This document shows, piece by piece, positions 1-11,989 of a DNA stretch of 64,000 bases. Each line of letters opens with the position of its first letter. Position 1 is the first letter of the stretch. Location of the stretch: NCBI RefSeq assembly GCF_009914755.1, contig NC_060929.1. The stretch is one strand, 5' to 3'. A model generated the notes under the pieces. That model had not been told where the DNA came from. It worked only from the letters and a program-made list of their open reading frames with translations, and ran no database searches. This stretch comes from the human T2T-CHM13v2.0 reference genome, Homo sapiens. Made by a program: the position numbers and the translations under genes.

Positions 1-385
1 ATGATGCCTCAAGAATGTGTCTTATTTATCCGTAGTAAGTCGTCTATAGTTAAAAGTGGAAATGTGCCTTCTGTAGGGTAAATTCTATTGTATGATGAAG
101 ACCACCCTTGGGAAACATCAATATTCTCACTGGACTAAGAGATATTTGGGTAAATGTTTTACTACTTAGCCATTGGGAAATATTATCCAAAAATGAATTG
201 TATTGTAAAATATTAACACAGAGCAAGAAAACAAATACATAGCACAGCCTAAACAGTCACTCAAGGCACCTATAAAATCAAGAAATGCAACAAGTAAGCC
301 AGGATTTTGTACCAAAGCCATACGAAATATTTTATAGTGTCATTACCTGAGATTTATTGATGCTAACATAGTATTCCAAGTTTGG

Positions 386-700
386 GTTTTTTGTTTGTTT
401 GCTTTTGTTTTTTGTTTTGAGATGGAGTTTTGCTCTTTTGCCCAGGCTGGAATAAAGTGATGCTATCTCAGCTCACTGCAACCTCCACCCCCTGGGTTCA
501 AGGGATTCTCCTGCCTCAGCCTCCCTAGTAGCTGGGATTATAGGCAACTGCCACCACACCCAGCTAATTTTTGTATTTTTAGTAGAGATGGGGTTTCGCT
601 ATGTTGGCCAACCTGGTCTCAAACTCCTGACCTCAGGTGATCCACTCGCCCCAGCCTCCCAAAGTGCTAGGATTACAGGCGTGATCCACCGCACCCGGCC
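386..700 (-). mobile_element. AluS (Sx/Sq-like), full length
   Basis: T-rich tail, gagatggagttttgctc ... gcacccggcc. Confidence 0.93.
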
Positions 701-706
701 CCAAGT

Positions 707-756
707 TTGTTTTTGTTTTGTTTTGTTTTGTTTTGTTTTGTTTTGTTTTGTTTTGA
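707..756. repeat. (TTTTG)n microsatellite, derived from an Alu tail
   Basis: About 10 perfect units. Confidence 0.95.
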
Positions 757-1037
757 GACTGGGTCTCACTCTGTCATCCACGCTGGAGGGCAGTGGAATG
801 ATCTCAGCTCACTGCAACCTCCACTCCCCAGGTTCAAGCAATCCTCCTACCTGAGCCTTGTAAGTAGCTGGAACTACAGGTGTGTACCACCATACTTGGC
901 TAACTTTTTAAATTTTTTGTAGAGACAAGGTCTCACTATATTGTCCAGGCAGGTCTTGAATTCCTGTGCTCAAGGAATCCTCTCATCTCGGCCTCCCTAA
1001 GTGTTGAGATTGCAGAGATGAGCCACCATGCCCAGCC
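710..1037 (-). mobile_element. AluJ-like, full length
   Basis: gagactgggtctcactctgtc ... gagccaccatgcccagcc; TSD ag(t/c)attccaagtttgg at 370-385 and 1038-1053. Confidence 0.9.
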
Positions 1038-1391
1038 AGCATTCCAAGTTTGGATATGACATCTGGATCCAAGTTTGATAATGACCAAAGATAGCCATTA
1101 ATCAATAACAAATGACTTTGCCAGCCAATACGAAAACCTCAGAATCATAATCAAGGTGACATAACTTGGGCCTTTCAGTAGACTCCTTAAGAGGGGCTTC
1201 AGGACTAGAATATATGTTCAAACATGTGACTAAACATGTGAGAATCTTGTTAGGATTTTAACCAGAAATTATAAGAAAGTGACTTTGAACTTCTACCTTG
1301 TTTGATTTCTTTATATAAGCAACCATCCAATTATTCCACGAGAAAAAAAAAATTTAAACATCTTTGAATGTTTAAAAAAATTAGATGCCTT

Positions 1392-1493
1392 GGCTGAGGC
1401 AGGAGAATGGCGTGAACCCGGGAGGCGGAGCTTGCGGTGAGCCGAGATCGCGCCGCTGCACTCCAGCCTGGGCGGCAGAGCCAGACTCCGTCT

Positions 1494-1549
<56 letters not shown>
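1392..1549 (+). mobile_element. 5'-truncated young AluY (right arm) with 55-nt pure poly(A)
   Basis: AluY-diagnostic gaatggcgtgaacccgggaggcggagcttgc; CpGs intact; TSD aaaaaaattagatgcctt on both sides. Confidence 0.95.
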
Positions 1550-1551
<2 letters not shown>

Positions 1552-2084
1552 AGATGCCTTAACCCTAACTATATTCAAAACATATTGTTGTAATACACAG
1601 CATGCTTTTACTTTGCTCAAAATGTGCATTTACATAAAAGCACAATTTATTCTAATTACAAAGAATAAAGACATTCTCCAGCATTAGTGGGCATCAGTTA
1701 CTAAAGAAAAATTAACATGTTAAAAAGGCCAATTATAAAAAATATATTGATATATATTTTTGCAAACTACAAAGCAAACTAATATAAAAACTTCAGCTAG
1801 TGGGGGGAAAGATCTAATTGCTGAATTTAAGCATTAGAGTATGAACTAAACTTCTGAAAATTCTACAGAGCTCACCTGAGTCTTTTCCTCCAACGTCACT
1901 TCAAAAAATTCTTACTTTCAAATTCTCCAAGAAGACTTGATGTTATTCTGTGTCTCACAACCATTTTAGTTAGAAAATGGAAATAATATCTTACTTATAT
2001 TTCCCTTATAATATGCTCTTATGTTTTGTAGAACAGGTAAAACATTGCTTGTAGGAGTTAGGTGACTTTCACTTTGGCACTCTC

Positions 2085-2315
2085 ACTAATAACTAACATA
2101 TTAATTGATCACTTACTATGTTCACGACACTAGTGTCACTGACATATATAATCTCATTTAATGTGAGTTAAGTCATATTGTTATTCCCATTTTATACATG
2201 AGAAAATTGAGGCACAGAAAAGTAGAGTGATTTTCCCCAAGAGTCACACGGTGAGTGGTAGAGCTGGAATATGAATTTTGGATGTTTGACTCCAGAGACC
2301 ACATTTTTAACTAGA
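2085..2315 (-). mobile_element. MIR
   Basis: Core cccattttatacatgagaaaattgaggcacaga...tgactccagag. Confidence 0.75.
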
Positions 2316-3274
2316 ATGTGGTAGCTAACTTCCTAGTTGAACTTGGTAAAGTCATTTAGCTTCTCTGGAGGATTGATCAATTTCTTATATACCAAATGAG
2401 CTTAGAAATTCTATAATCCCATGAAAATACATTACATGTTCTGTGACCTTGTATATTTTGTAATTTTGTTTTACCCACACATTCAAATGCTGTATTTCAC
2501 AGCTGTTCATTCTGTTTTAGTCAATTATGTAGATTAGCCCACCCCAGACAAGCAAATACAGGCCTCTCCCCAAGGAGTCCCACTTAATATTTTTCCCTGA
2601 TTGAAGGTCTCCCTCAGCATTCCTCGCCATTCTATCCTCTTGATTTACCTCCACAGAGGCCTTCTGCTCAGATTAAAATCTCCAAGACTCATGCATAAAT
2701 GTTTTTAAAAGCTCTTTAAAAGTCCTCATAGTCATATGCACTACTACGCTCAACTTTGTAATCACCAAAAAAAGTAAGATTGCTAGCAATCATGTTCCCA
2801 TTTGATAAATCATGCATTTCAGATTAGAGCTATTTGTACTCTTCTGCAGCTGTTTGGCCTTCTGTGACTCTTTCATTTTCTGGAATCTTATCCTCTGCAA
2901 AGAAACTGTGACCATTAAAGGGCTACACAGGTTTCTGCCACAAATTCAGGCACTATTATGAAGACATTCCCTTAAATAGCATCCTGTGGAATCAAAGCAG
3001 CACTATGCAACAAAAATCTCATTTTTGTGAGCATATAAATACTACTCAATTGAAAATATTAATAGATATAGATACATCAGCCTCAGTCATTATTCTTCTT
3101 CTGTTGTTAGTTCTTTGATGACCAACCTTTCTCATATTACATTCCTGGCGGTCTCATCTATAGGTACTTTGTTTATCTCAGAGGTGAGAATATACTGTCT
3201 TCTAAGTTATGTCTTAGAGGAAGTCTGCATCCCTGAAAAAGGGTAATCATTCTCTTTTTTAAATTGTAACCACT

Positions 3275-4805
3275 GAAATCTGGACTCCTATCTCCCACCA
3301 TATACAAAAATTAACTCAAAATGGATTAAGTAGTTAAATATAAGACCCAAAGCTATAAAAATCCCAGAAGTAAACGTAAGAAAAACTCTTCTTGACCCTT
3401 GATCTAGGCAAATAATTTATAGACTAAGACTTCAAAAGCAAATGCAACATAAACAAAAATAGACAAATGGGATTTAATTAAACCAAAGGGCTTCTGCACA
3501 GCAAAAGAAATAATCAACAACAGACAACCTATAGAATGGGAGAAAATGTTTGCAAACTAGGCATCTGACAACGACTAATATCCAGAATCTACAAGGAACT
3601 CAAACAATGGAACAAGAAAAAAAATAACATCATTAAAAAGTGGGCAAAAGATATTAACAGAGATTTCTGGCCAAGTGCTATGGCTCACACCTATAATCCC
3701 AGCACTTTGGGATGCCGAGGAGGGCAGATTGCTTGAGCCCATGAGTTCGAGACCAGCGGGGGAAGCATGGCAAAATCCTGTCTCTACAGAAAATACAGAA
3801 ATTAGCTGGGCATGGTGGCATATGCCTGTGGTCCCAGCTACTCGGAAGGCTGAGATGGGAGGATCACCTGAGCCTTGGAGATCAAGGCTGCAGTGAGCCT
3901 TGGTTGAGACACTGCACTCCAGCCTGGGTGACAGAGCGAGACCCTGTGTCAAAAACAAACAAATAAACAAACTAACAAAAAAGATATTTCTCAAAATAAG
4001 CCATACAAGTGGTCCACAAACATATGAAAAAATGTTCAACATCACTAATCATCAGAGAAATGCATGTTAAAACCATAATAAGATACCATCTCATCCCAGT
4101 CGGAATGGCTATTATGAAAAAGTAAAAAATAGCAGATGTTGGCAAGGACATGGTGAAAAGGGAACACTTATACACTGTTGGTGGGAATGAAAATTAGTAT
4201 AACCTTTATGAAAAACAGTATGGAGATTTCTCAAAGAACTAAAAATAGAGCTACCAACCAACCAAGCAATCCAACTACTGGGTATCTAACCAAAGGAAAA
4301 TAAACCGCTACGCCAAAAGGATAACTGCTCTTATATGTTTATCTCAGCACTATTCACAATAGCAAAGTCATGGAATCAACCTACGTGTCCATCAACAAAT
4401 GACTGGATAAGGAAAATGTGGTATATATACACTGTAGAATGCTATGCATTAATGAAAAAGAATGAAATCTTGTCTTTGCAGCAACACAGATGGGGCTGAA
4501 GGCCATTATCCTGAGTGAAATAATTCAGAAACAGAAAGGTAAATACGGCATGTTCCTCACTTGTAAGTGGGAGCTAAAAAATGTGTACACATGTACCTAC
4601 AAAGGAAAGCAACACACACTGGGGACTGCAAAAGGCAGGGAGGTAGGAGGGCAGTGAGGGTTGACAAATTACCTACAAAGTTCAGCGTTCACTATTTGGG
4701 TAATGGGTACCCTAGAAGCCCAAGCCTCACCATTATGCAATATATCCACATAAGAAACCTGATCATGTAACCTCTGAATCTATAAAAATAAAAATAAATA
4801 AAAAT
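3275..4805 (+). mobile_element. L1PB-like 3' portion (ORF2 end and 3'UTR), interrupted by an Alu
   Basis: caccatatacaaaaattaactcaaaatggatt... to ctagaagcccaagcctcaccattatgcaatata...aataaaaataaa. Confidence 0.85.
3669..3980 (+). mobile_element. AluJ inserted in the L1
   Basis: ggccaagtgctatggctcac...gagaccctgtgtc plus A-rich tail; degenerate TSD ending atttct. Confidence 0.9.
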
Positions 4806-5799
4806 TTAAAATGATCATGATAAGAAATATAGTTGAACCAGAGTCTCTTACAGACTAGAAAGCCACTCTCTGTTTCAAAAGTGATTAATTTTTTTCTCAA
4901 TGTAAAACAAATGCCTCAATATGCCAGATACTTTTTATTGCATTCATTAAAATATCTCTCTAATATTTTATTTTGATTTGTGACACATCAGAGTCATACC
5001 ATTTCAGAACAAGTTTATCAGTTTTATCCCAGTCTTTTAATTTTTTTAACAAATGCAAAAAAAAAATGTGGCTTGAAGATGTTGATGTACAACTAGCCAG
5101 TGACAGACCAAGTGACAGCCTCAGCTGGGTCTCTTTTCACTTATTCCAAATATTATTTTTCACCCTTGCAAATATTATTTTAAAATGTGAGCTACACATG
5201 TTGGGTGTCTTCCCTTCCTTTTCAGTTCCACAATCTACCTTTAACCACCAAGTTGTGTATCCCTAAAGAGTAGACAGTTTGGACTTCCGAAACAGGCTCC
5301 CTGGGCTTCAGGGCAGATGTGGCCAATGGGGAGTAGAGCAGGAGTCTGGGCTTGGAGGAGCGGGAGACCAGGGAAATTGTCTCCCTCTGCAAAACGTGTG
5401 GCCAGGTTGCCCTGTCTTGCTTCTGTAAGACCTGTGGCCAGGTTCCCTTGTCTGTCCCCTCCTTTTCTCCTTCAGAAATGGAAGGCTGCAGAGCGGGTGG
5501 CAACCTGGGGATTCTATCTCTGGGAGGGAGGGAGTGCTGCTCTTCTTTTTGTAAATAGTCTTTTCATTGCACTCTCCTCAAATTACCCCATTTTCAGTGT
5601 GCCATCTGCTGCCTGTCAGGTCTCTGACTGATAGAATACATTGCAGAAGTGTACTTAAAATCTGAGGTTCTTCTAGCTAGGCTGTCCATCAAAAAATTAG
5701 AACTCTTCCATTCCTGGGTCCTTTGTGTTGGGATTTTGGGGTTAAGGGAATGAAAGTTCCTACCACCTTAAATGAACTTCCTCCTTTCTATCATTTTGA

Positions 5800-5970
5800 T
5801 GTCAGCTCATCATAACCCACCTAAGGAGCCTTCTCCCACCACCCAACTAAAGCAGCCCTCCTTCCCTCACCATTGGCCACTGCCTCATCCCCAGTTTTAT
5901 TTTCTTCATGATATTTGTCACCATCTGAAACTGTCCTGTGTGTGTATTTGCTTAATTGCTATTTTCTAGG
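5800..5970 (+). mobile_element. L2 fragment
   Basis: ttttattttcttcatgatatttgtcaccatctga resembles the L2 3' region. Confidence 0.5.
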
Positions 5971-5991
5971 CACTTTAGTGCATTCAGCTCT

Positions 5992-6240
5992 GTCTAGTGT
6001 TGGGTTTTCCAGAAGCAGACCCTGAAGGACATTTATTAAGGACCACCACCTGTGAAAGAAAGGAAGCTGTGGGGTTGAACAAAGACGGCAAACTGTGCTA
6101 CATGATGCAAGCTCCATGGAGCCTCAGCAACCCAGCAGGGGAGATCTGGCAGGAGTGTTGCCATTAGAGCGACCCCCAGATAACTGAAATGACTTTTATA
6201 TCCTCTCTTTCCCACCGCCACATGTTTACACACCTTCCTG
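5992..6240. mobile_element. Ancient ERVL-type LTR remnant (LTR16/LTR33-like)
   Basis: gttgggttttccagaagcagaccctga motif typical of this group. Confidence 0.45.
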
Positions 6241-6365
6241 GGACACGCAGCATCAGTAGATGGAGGAAAAAATATGTGCAATTACTTTTTTTCTCTCTCT
6301 CATGGTAAGGCACTTGCTGAAAGTTCAGTGGGCAACATATTCTGTGGCTGACTCAATGACTCAAT

Positions 6366-6446
6366 CTCTAACATGCCCCCACACATATTTTCACTGCAGT
6401 ACATGGTTGCAACTGCATGGAAAATATGTGTGAGAGCTTGTTAGAG
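6366..6446. repeat. Imperfect inverted repeat, 35-bp arms, 11-nt loop
   Basis: CTCTAACATGCCCCCACACATATTTTCACTGCAGT versus ACTGCATGGAAAATATGTGTGAGAGCTTGTTAGAG; 30/35 Watson-Crick pairs. Confidence 0.9.
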
Positions 6447-6699
6447 GGTCCTTTGGTGTCGGCTTCAGGAGAACCCAACATCAGACAGACCCCTCAATCC
6501 ACTATGGGGCCCAGAAAATAGCAATTAAACAAATACATCCACAGGATATTTTCAGATGGTGACAAATATCATGAAGAAAACAAAACGAGTCAGTGACCAA
6601 TGGTCAGGGAGGAAAGCCTGTTTTAACTGGGTGGTGGAGAAGGCTTCTTAGGTGAGCTATGATGAGCTGAAATTTTCTATAACATAAAATAAAATAAAT

Positions 6700-7500
6700 A
6701 TTTCTTTTATATAAAATAGGCAGTAAATATGTGGAAAAATTCTTAGCAGCATTAGAAACCACAAATATGTATTAGAAATAAAACTTAAGCCATGACAATT
6801 ATTGCTTATCTAATCAGCAAAAATTAAAGGAATTATAATATCTGGTACTACAAATTCTGGAGGGAAATAGATCCTCTTGCACATACTGGCAGGAGGACTG
6901 TAAATTGGCACAAACTTTCTGGAGGGTAATTAGACAATATTTATCAAAATCCACCAAATGTGCAAACATGTGTTCCTAAAAATTCTACTCTAATAAATTA
7001 ATGTGAATTTATACAAAACTGTATGCCAGGATGTTAAACACAACTTTATTTATAGTTGGGCAAAAAATCTCAGAAATATTCTAGGTAAGTACTATATAGG
7101 TATATATGTATATATAGCTAATATATAAGTAGATTTAAATGAATTTTGATTCATTCCATATACATACTATATAGATGTAAATGTATATATAGCTAATATG
7201 TAAGGATGTTTAAATGAATTTTGATCCAGTCACATGATATAATAAAAAACACTTTAAGAAGAGTGAGGACATAGGAAAGTTTTATTAATAAGTGAAAGTT
7301 AAAATAGCATACAGGAAATCAAGTTGTATAGTATGATTTCACATTTATTTAAAAAGGTTTATTAAGTGTACAAATGACTAAAATTATACTAAAATAGGCA
7401 GTGCAAATATAGTTGATTTTTGTTTTCTTATATTTTCTACAGTTTCACTGTTTCTATGGTGAATATGCATTTTTCCCTCTAAAAAATGTTATTAAGAGAA
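6700..7500 (+). mobile_element. Ancient L1M (L1ME-like) 3' fragment
   Basis: gtaaattggcacaaactttctggagggtaattagacaatatttatcaaaat. Confidence 0.6.
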
Positions 7501-8125
7501 TTTTCCCTAAGTTTGCACTAAGGGCATTCCTTGTCAATAACTTACTCTATTTGCATTAGCTTATGTTCTCTACATGAGATATGGAATATGCATGGGATAC
7601 TAACATTCCATGGGTTGTAAATGATCAGCATAACTATATCAAATGTAGGCGCTTCCATAAACTGCATGTGCCATTTAAATGTTGGTGGAAATATCATCAT
7701 TTAATTACAGGTTTTCAAAGTAGAAAAGATGATAAAATGATGTCTATACAAATATCTTTCTAATGATTGAATTCCATCCATAAGATCTCTATAATTATTG
7801 TTCTAATGAATCTCTTTAGTGCTTTGGAACTCATTCTCTCTGAAAGGGAACTATTCCATCTTTGAAAAGCTATGATTACCAGGAAGTTTTTTCTATATTT
7901 AACAGTTTCAATTCAGTTTTTTAATTGTAAATTATTTATTCATGTATTTGCAGGTTGTTTTTGTGTGTGTGTGTCTGAGGGGTGTTTCTCTTTTGCTTAG
8001 TGATGCATTCTAGTTTTTGATATTTTGTTGTGATAAAAGTTATCAATCATTTACATTGTTATTTCTTAAACTGTTTTGTGTTGGGAAAAATCCCTCTTCA
8101 TCTTGAGAGAAGAAAGATTTCGAGA

Positions 8126-10518
8126 TAGGCATACCTCCTTTTATTGTGCTTTGCTTTATTGCACCTTGCAGACATTGTGTTCTTTACAAATTGAAATTTT
8201 GTGGTAACCATGTGTCAAGCAAGTCTATTTGTTCCCATTTTCTTCCAAATCATGTGCTCACTTCCTGTCTCTGTGTCAAATTTTGGTAATTCTTACAATA
8301 TTTCAAACTTTTCAATTTTTATTATGTCTGTCACAGTCATCTGTGATCAGTGCTTTTTGACATTACTATTGTAATTGTTTTGGGGAGCCACGAAGCATGT
8401 CCATATAAGACAGTGAACTTAATAGAATGTTTGTTTTATGACCAGCCATACCTATCTCTCTCTCTCTCCTCAGGCCTTCCTATTCCCTGAGACACAACAA
8501 TATTGAAATTAGGTCAATTAATAATTCTACAATGGCCTCTAGGTGTTCTAGTGAAAGAAAGATTTCCATGTGTACTTTAAAGTAAAAGCTAGAAATGATT
8601 ACTCTTAGTAAGAAAGGCTGAAAACTAGGCCTCTTGTGCCACAAAGCCATGTTATGAACGCAAAACAAAAGTTCCTGAAGGAAATTTAAAGTTCTATGCC
8701 AGTGAACACATGAATGATAAGAAAGCATAACAACATTATCGCTGATGTGGAGAAAGTTTTAGTGCTCTGGATGGAAGATCAAATCATCCACATTAAGGGA
8801 ATCAGCTTAAATTCCCTTAAGCTGAAGCCTAATCCAGAGAAAAGCTCTAAATCTCTTTAATTCCATGAAGGCTATGAGAGGTGAGGAAGCTGCAGAAGGC
8901 AAGTTGGAAGCTAGCAGAGGTTGGTTCATGAAGTTTAAGGAAAGAAGGCATCTCCATAACATAAAAGTGCAAGGTGAAGTTCAAATGCTGATGGAGAAAA
9001 GCTGTAGAAAATTATCCAGAAGATGTAGCTAAGGTAATCAATGAAGGTGGCTACTCCACACAACGGAGTTTAAGTGTAGACAAAACAGCCTTCCACTGGA
9101 AGAAGATGCTATCTAGGACTTTCATAGCTAGAGAGGAGAAGTCAATTCCTCGATTCAAAGCTTGAAAGGACAGGCTGACCTTCTTGTTAAGGGCAGGTGA
9201 CTCTTGTTAATGCAGGTGGTGACTTTAAGTTGAATGTAGGGCTCACTTACCATTCCCAAAATCATAAGGCCCTTAAAAGTTATGCTAAATCTGCTTTGCC
9301 TGTGCTCTGTAAATGGAAAGACAAAGCCAGGATAATAGCACATCTGTTTACAGCATGATTTACTAACTATTTTAAGCCTACTGTTGAGACCTACTACTCA
9401 GAAAACATAGGTTCCTTTCAAAATGTTACCCTTCATTGACAATGCACCTGGTCACCCAAGAGCTCTTATGGAGATATACAAGGAAATTAATATTTTTAGG
9501 CCTGCTACCATGACATCCATTCTGCTGTCTATGGATCAAGGAGTAATTTTGACTTCCAAGTCTCATTATTTAAGAAATACATTTCATAAGGTTATTGCTG
9601 TCATGTATAGTGATTCCTTTGATGGATCCAGGCAAAGTAAATTGAAAACCTGGAAAGAATTCACCATTCTTGATGCCATTAAGACCAATAATGATTCATG
9701 GGAGGAGTTCAAAATACCAACATTAATAAGAGTTTAGAATAAGTTGATTCTACTCTCACTGATGACTTTAAGGAGTTTATGACTACAGTTGAGGAAGTCA
9801 CTACAGATATAGTAGAAATAGTAAGAGAGCTAGTATTAGAAGTGGATCTTGAAGATGTGACTGAATTTATGCAACCTCATGATGAAACTTTAAGGATTGA
9901 GAATTTTTTTCTTATGGATGGACGAAGAAAGTGACTTCTTGAGATAAAACCTATTCCAGGTGAAAATGCTATGAATATCATTGAAATAACAATGAAGAAC
10001 TTACAATATTACATGAACTTATTTGATAAAACAGCAGCATGGTTTGAAGGATTGACTCCAATTTTGAAAGAAGTTCTATGGGTAAAATGCTATCAAGCAG
10101 CAAAGCATGCCACAGAGAAATCTTTTGTGAAATGAAGACTCAATAAATATGACAAACTTCATTGTTGTCTTATTTTAATAAATTGTTCCAGACACCCCAA
10201 ATCAGCAATCACCATCCTGATCATTCAGCAGGTTGGTGAACATAAACATCAAGGCAAGGCTCCCCACCTCCAAAAAGATTATGACTCACTGAAGTCTCAG
10301 ATGATCATTAGTACATTTTTAGCAATGAAGTATTTTAAATAAGGAATGTACATTATTTTTATTAAATATAATGTTACTGCACAGAATACACTACAGTATA
10401 GTGTAAGCATAACTTTTTGTGCATTGGGAAACAAAAAGTTGTGATTCACTTTATTGTGATATTTGCTTTATTGCAGTGGTCTAGGAAAAAAACCTGCAAT
10501 ATCTCTGAGGTATGCCTC
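8126..10518 (+). mobile_element. Tigger1 DNA transposon, near full length, decayed transposase
   Basis: TIRs (t)aggcatacctc ... gaggtatgcct(c); about 2.4 kb; ORF 9423-9737 IDNAPGHP...MDQGVI is a pogo-type DDE remnant. Confidence 0.93.
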
Positions 10519-11989
10519 ATATTTCTATCTGTCTTATGGTCTCAATATTTATAGTTAATTATTAAATCTATCAGAAGTTAATATTGACATATGGTGTGCA
10601 TGAGGACATAGCTTACATTTTTCATAGAAATAATGGGGTACCATCTTTCTCCTAGCAAATTGTCTTTTGTTTTTTCAAATATAATATGTGATGAGGATGT
10701 GAATAAACCGAATTTCTCATAATTGCTTGTAGAATATAAATTGGCTCAATCTTCATAAAGGGTAACTTGGATATCAAGGATCTCTCACATGTTGACCCAG
10801 TAGTATTACTTACAGTATTTCATCCAATGGAAGCAATTAGAAAAGATAAAGAAGCGTACACAAGGATCTGCATCACTACATGACTCATAACAGTGAGGAG
10901 TGGGAGCACAGTGTTAGGTAAAGGAACGTAAGTTTGTCATGCACACAGGCACCGAGGGCAAGAATGGGATTATAGAAATCAAGCAGTGCTGGACTTGGGT
11001 CTTGATTTTACCTCTTGCTATGTAGAGGAGCTGCTAATATGCAAAAGGTCCTTTTGAACTTTGGACAAAAATTTATTCAGAACTGAGTGGAAGCAGAACC
11101 CTAAGACTCTCCCCAAAAAGCAATAAGTATAATTTTCTTCTAACTTGTGGAAATCATTTCATTCCTTCAGAAGCTTTTAATTACTTAGAGGAGTTCTAAA
11201 GGGTCGACTGGGGGAGGGTGGTACATGCAAATCAGGGCAACCAAAACTGGAACTGAGAGAACCTTTTATAATTGAAGACAGATTAAAACAAAAATCATCT
11301 AGAAGACAAATCAGGAAAAAAAATGTACTTGACTGAAAATTCCCTCTCAAAACACACATCTGTAATGCAGGGTTGTTTAAAAACACAAGATGAAATGAAG
11401 AAAAACATCCCCTTGTACCCAAATGATGGCATATTTAGTAAGAAGCTCAGTTGACTAAATAAAGAATTAAAGCAGAATGAAATGAATCATAATAAAAAGA
11501 AACTGGGTCTCATTTTAAAGAAGGATTTCAAATAAACAAAAAAGACTCAGAAGAAAAGGGTATAAATACTCATGTTGGAAATTACACACAATTTACAATA
11601 AGAAGCACTAACAATATTATAGCACATTGGCAAAAAGGCAAGGATTAAAGCGATCACACTTGATCTCTGGATGAAAAAAAAGAAAATTGATAACAGGAGC
11701 TATTAGAAAAGAAGATGTGTATGACACCATTGTCATATGAACAATTTCATTTCATACAAGCTGGAAGATGGGAATAGGGTTGAAAGAATGAGAGAATGGT
11801 CAACCAAGATAAAGAACAGCTGTGTTGTGACTATTTCCCAATAATTCCCCATCCTGGTCTCTGACTTTTTCCTATCTATGTCTTCTGTTTCTCTTTCTCT
11901 TAAAAAATAAAGAGCAAAACCTATGGCAAAGGGCTTCATATTTCAGTGAAATGATACTGGATATTAAAATCTGAAAATTAGTTGTTTGA

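Noticed and set aside
588-4045. ORFs such as 588-854, 1385-1687 and 3575-4045 (also 13819-14414, 21206-21478, 40350-40739, 44801-45182)
   Set aside because: They are translations of Alu sequence ([20 protein letters not shown] motifs) and poly-A/T tails, not genes
5352-5558. ORF with two CKTC motifs resembling a zinc finger
   Set aside because: The CxxC pair arises from the 36-bp tandem duplication; non-ATG start and no other support
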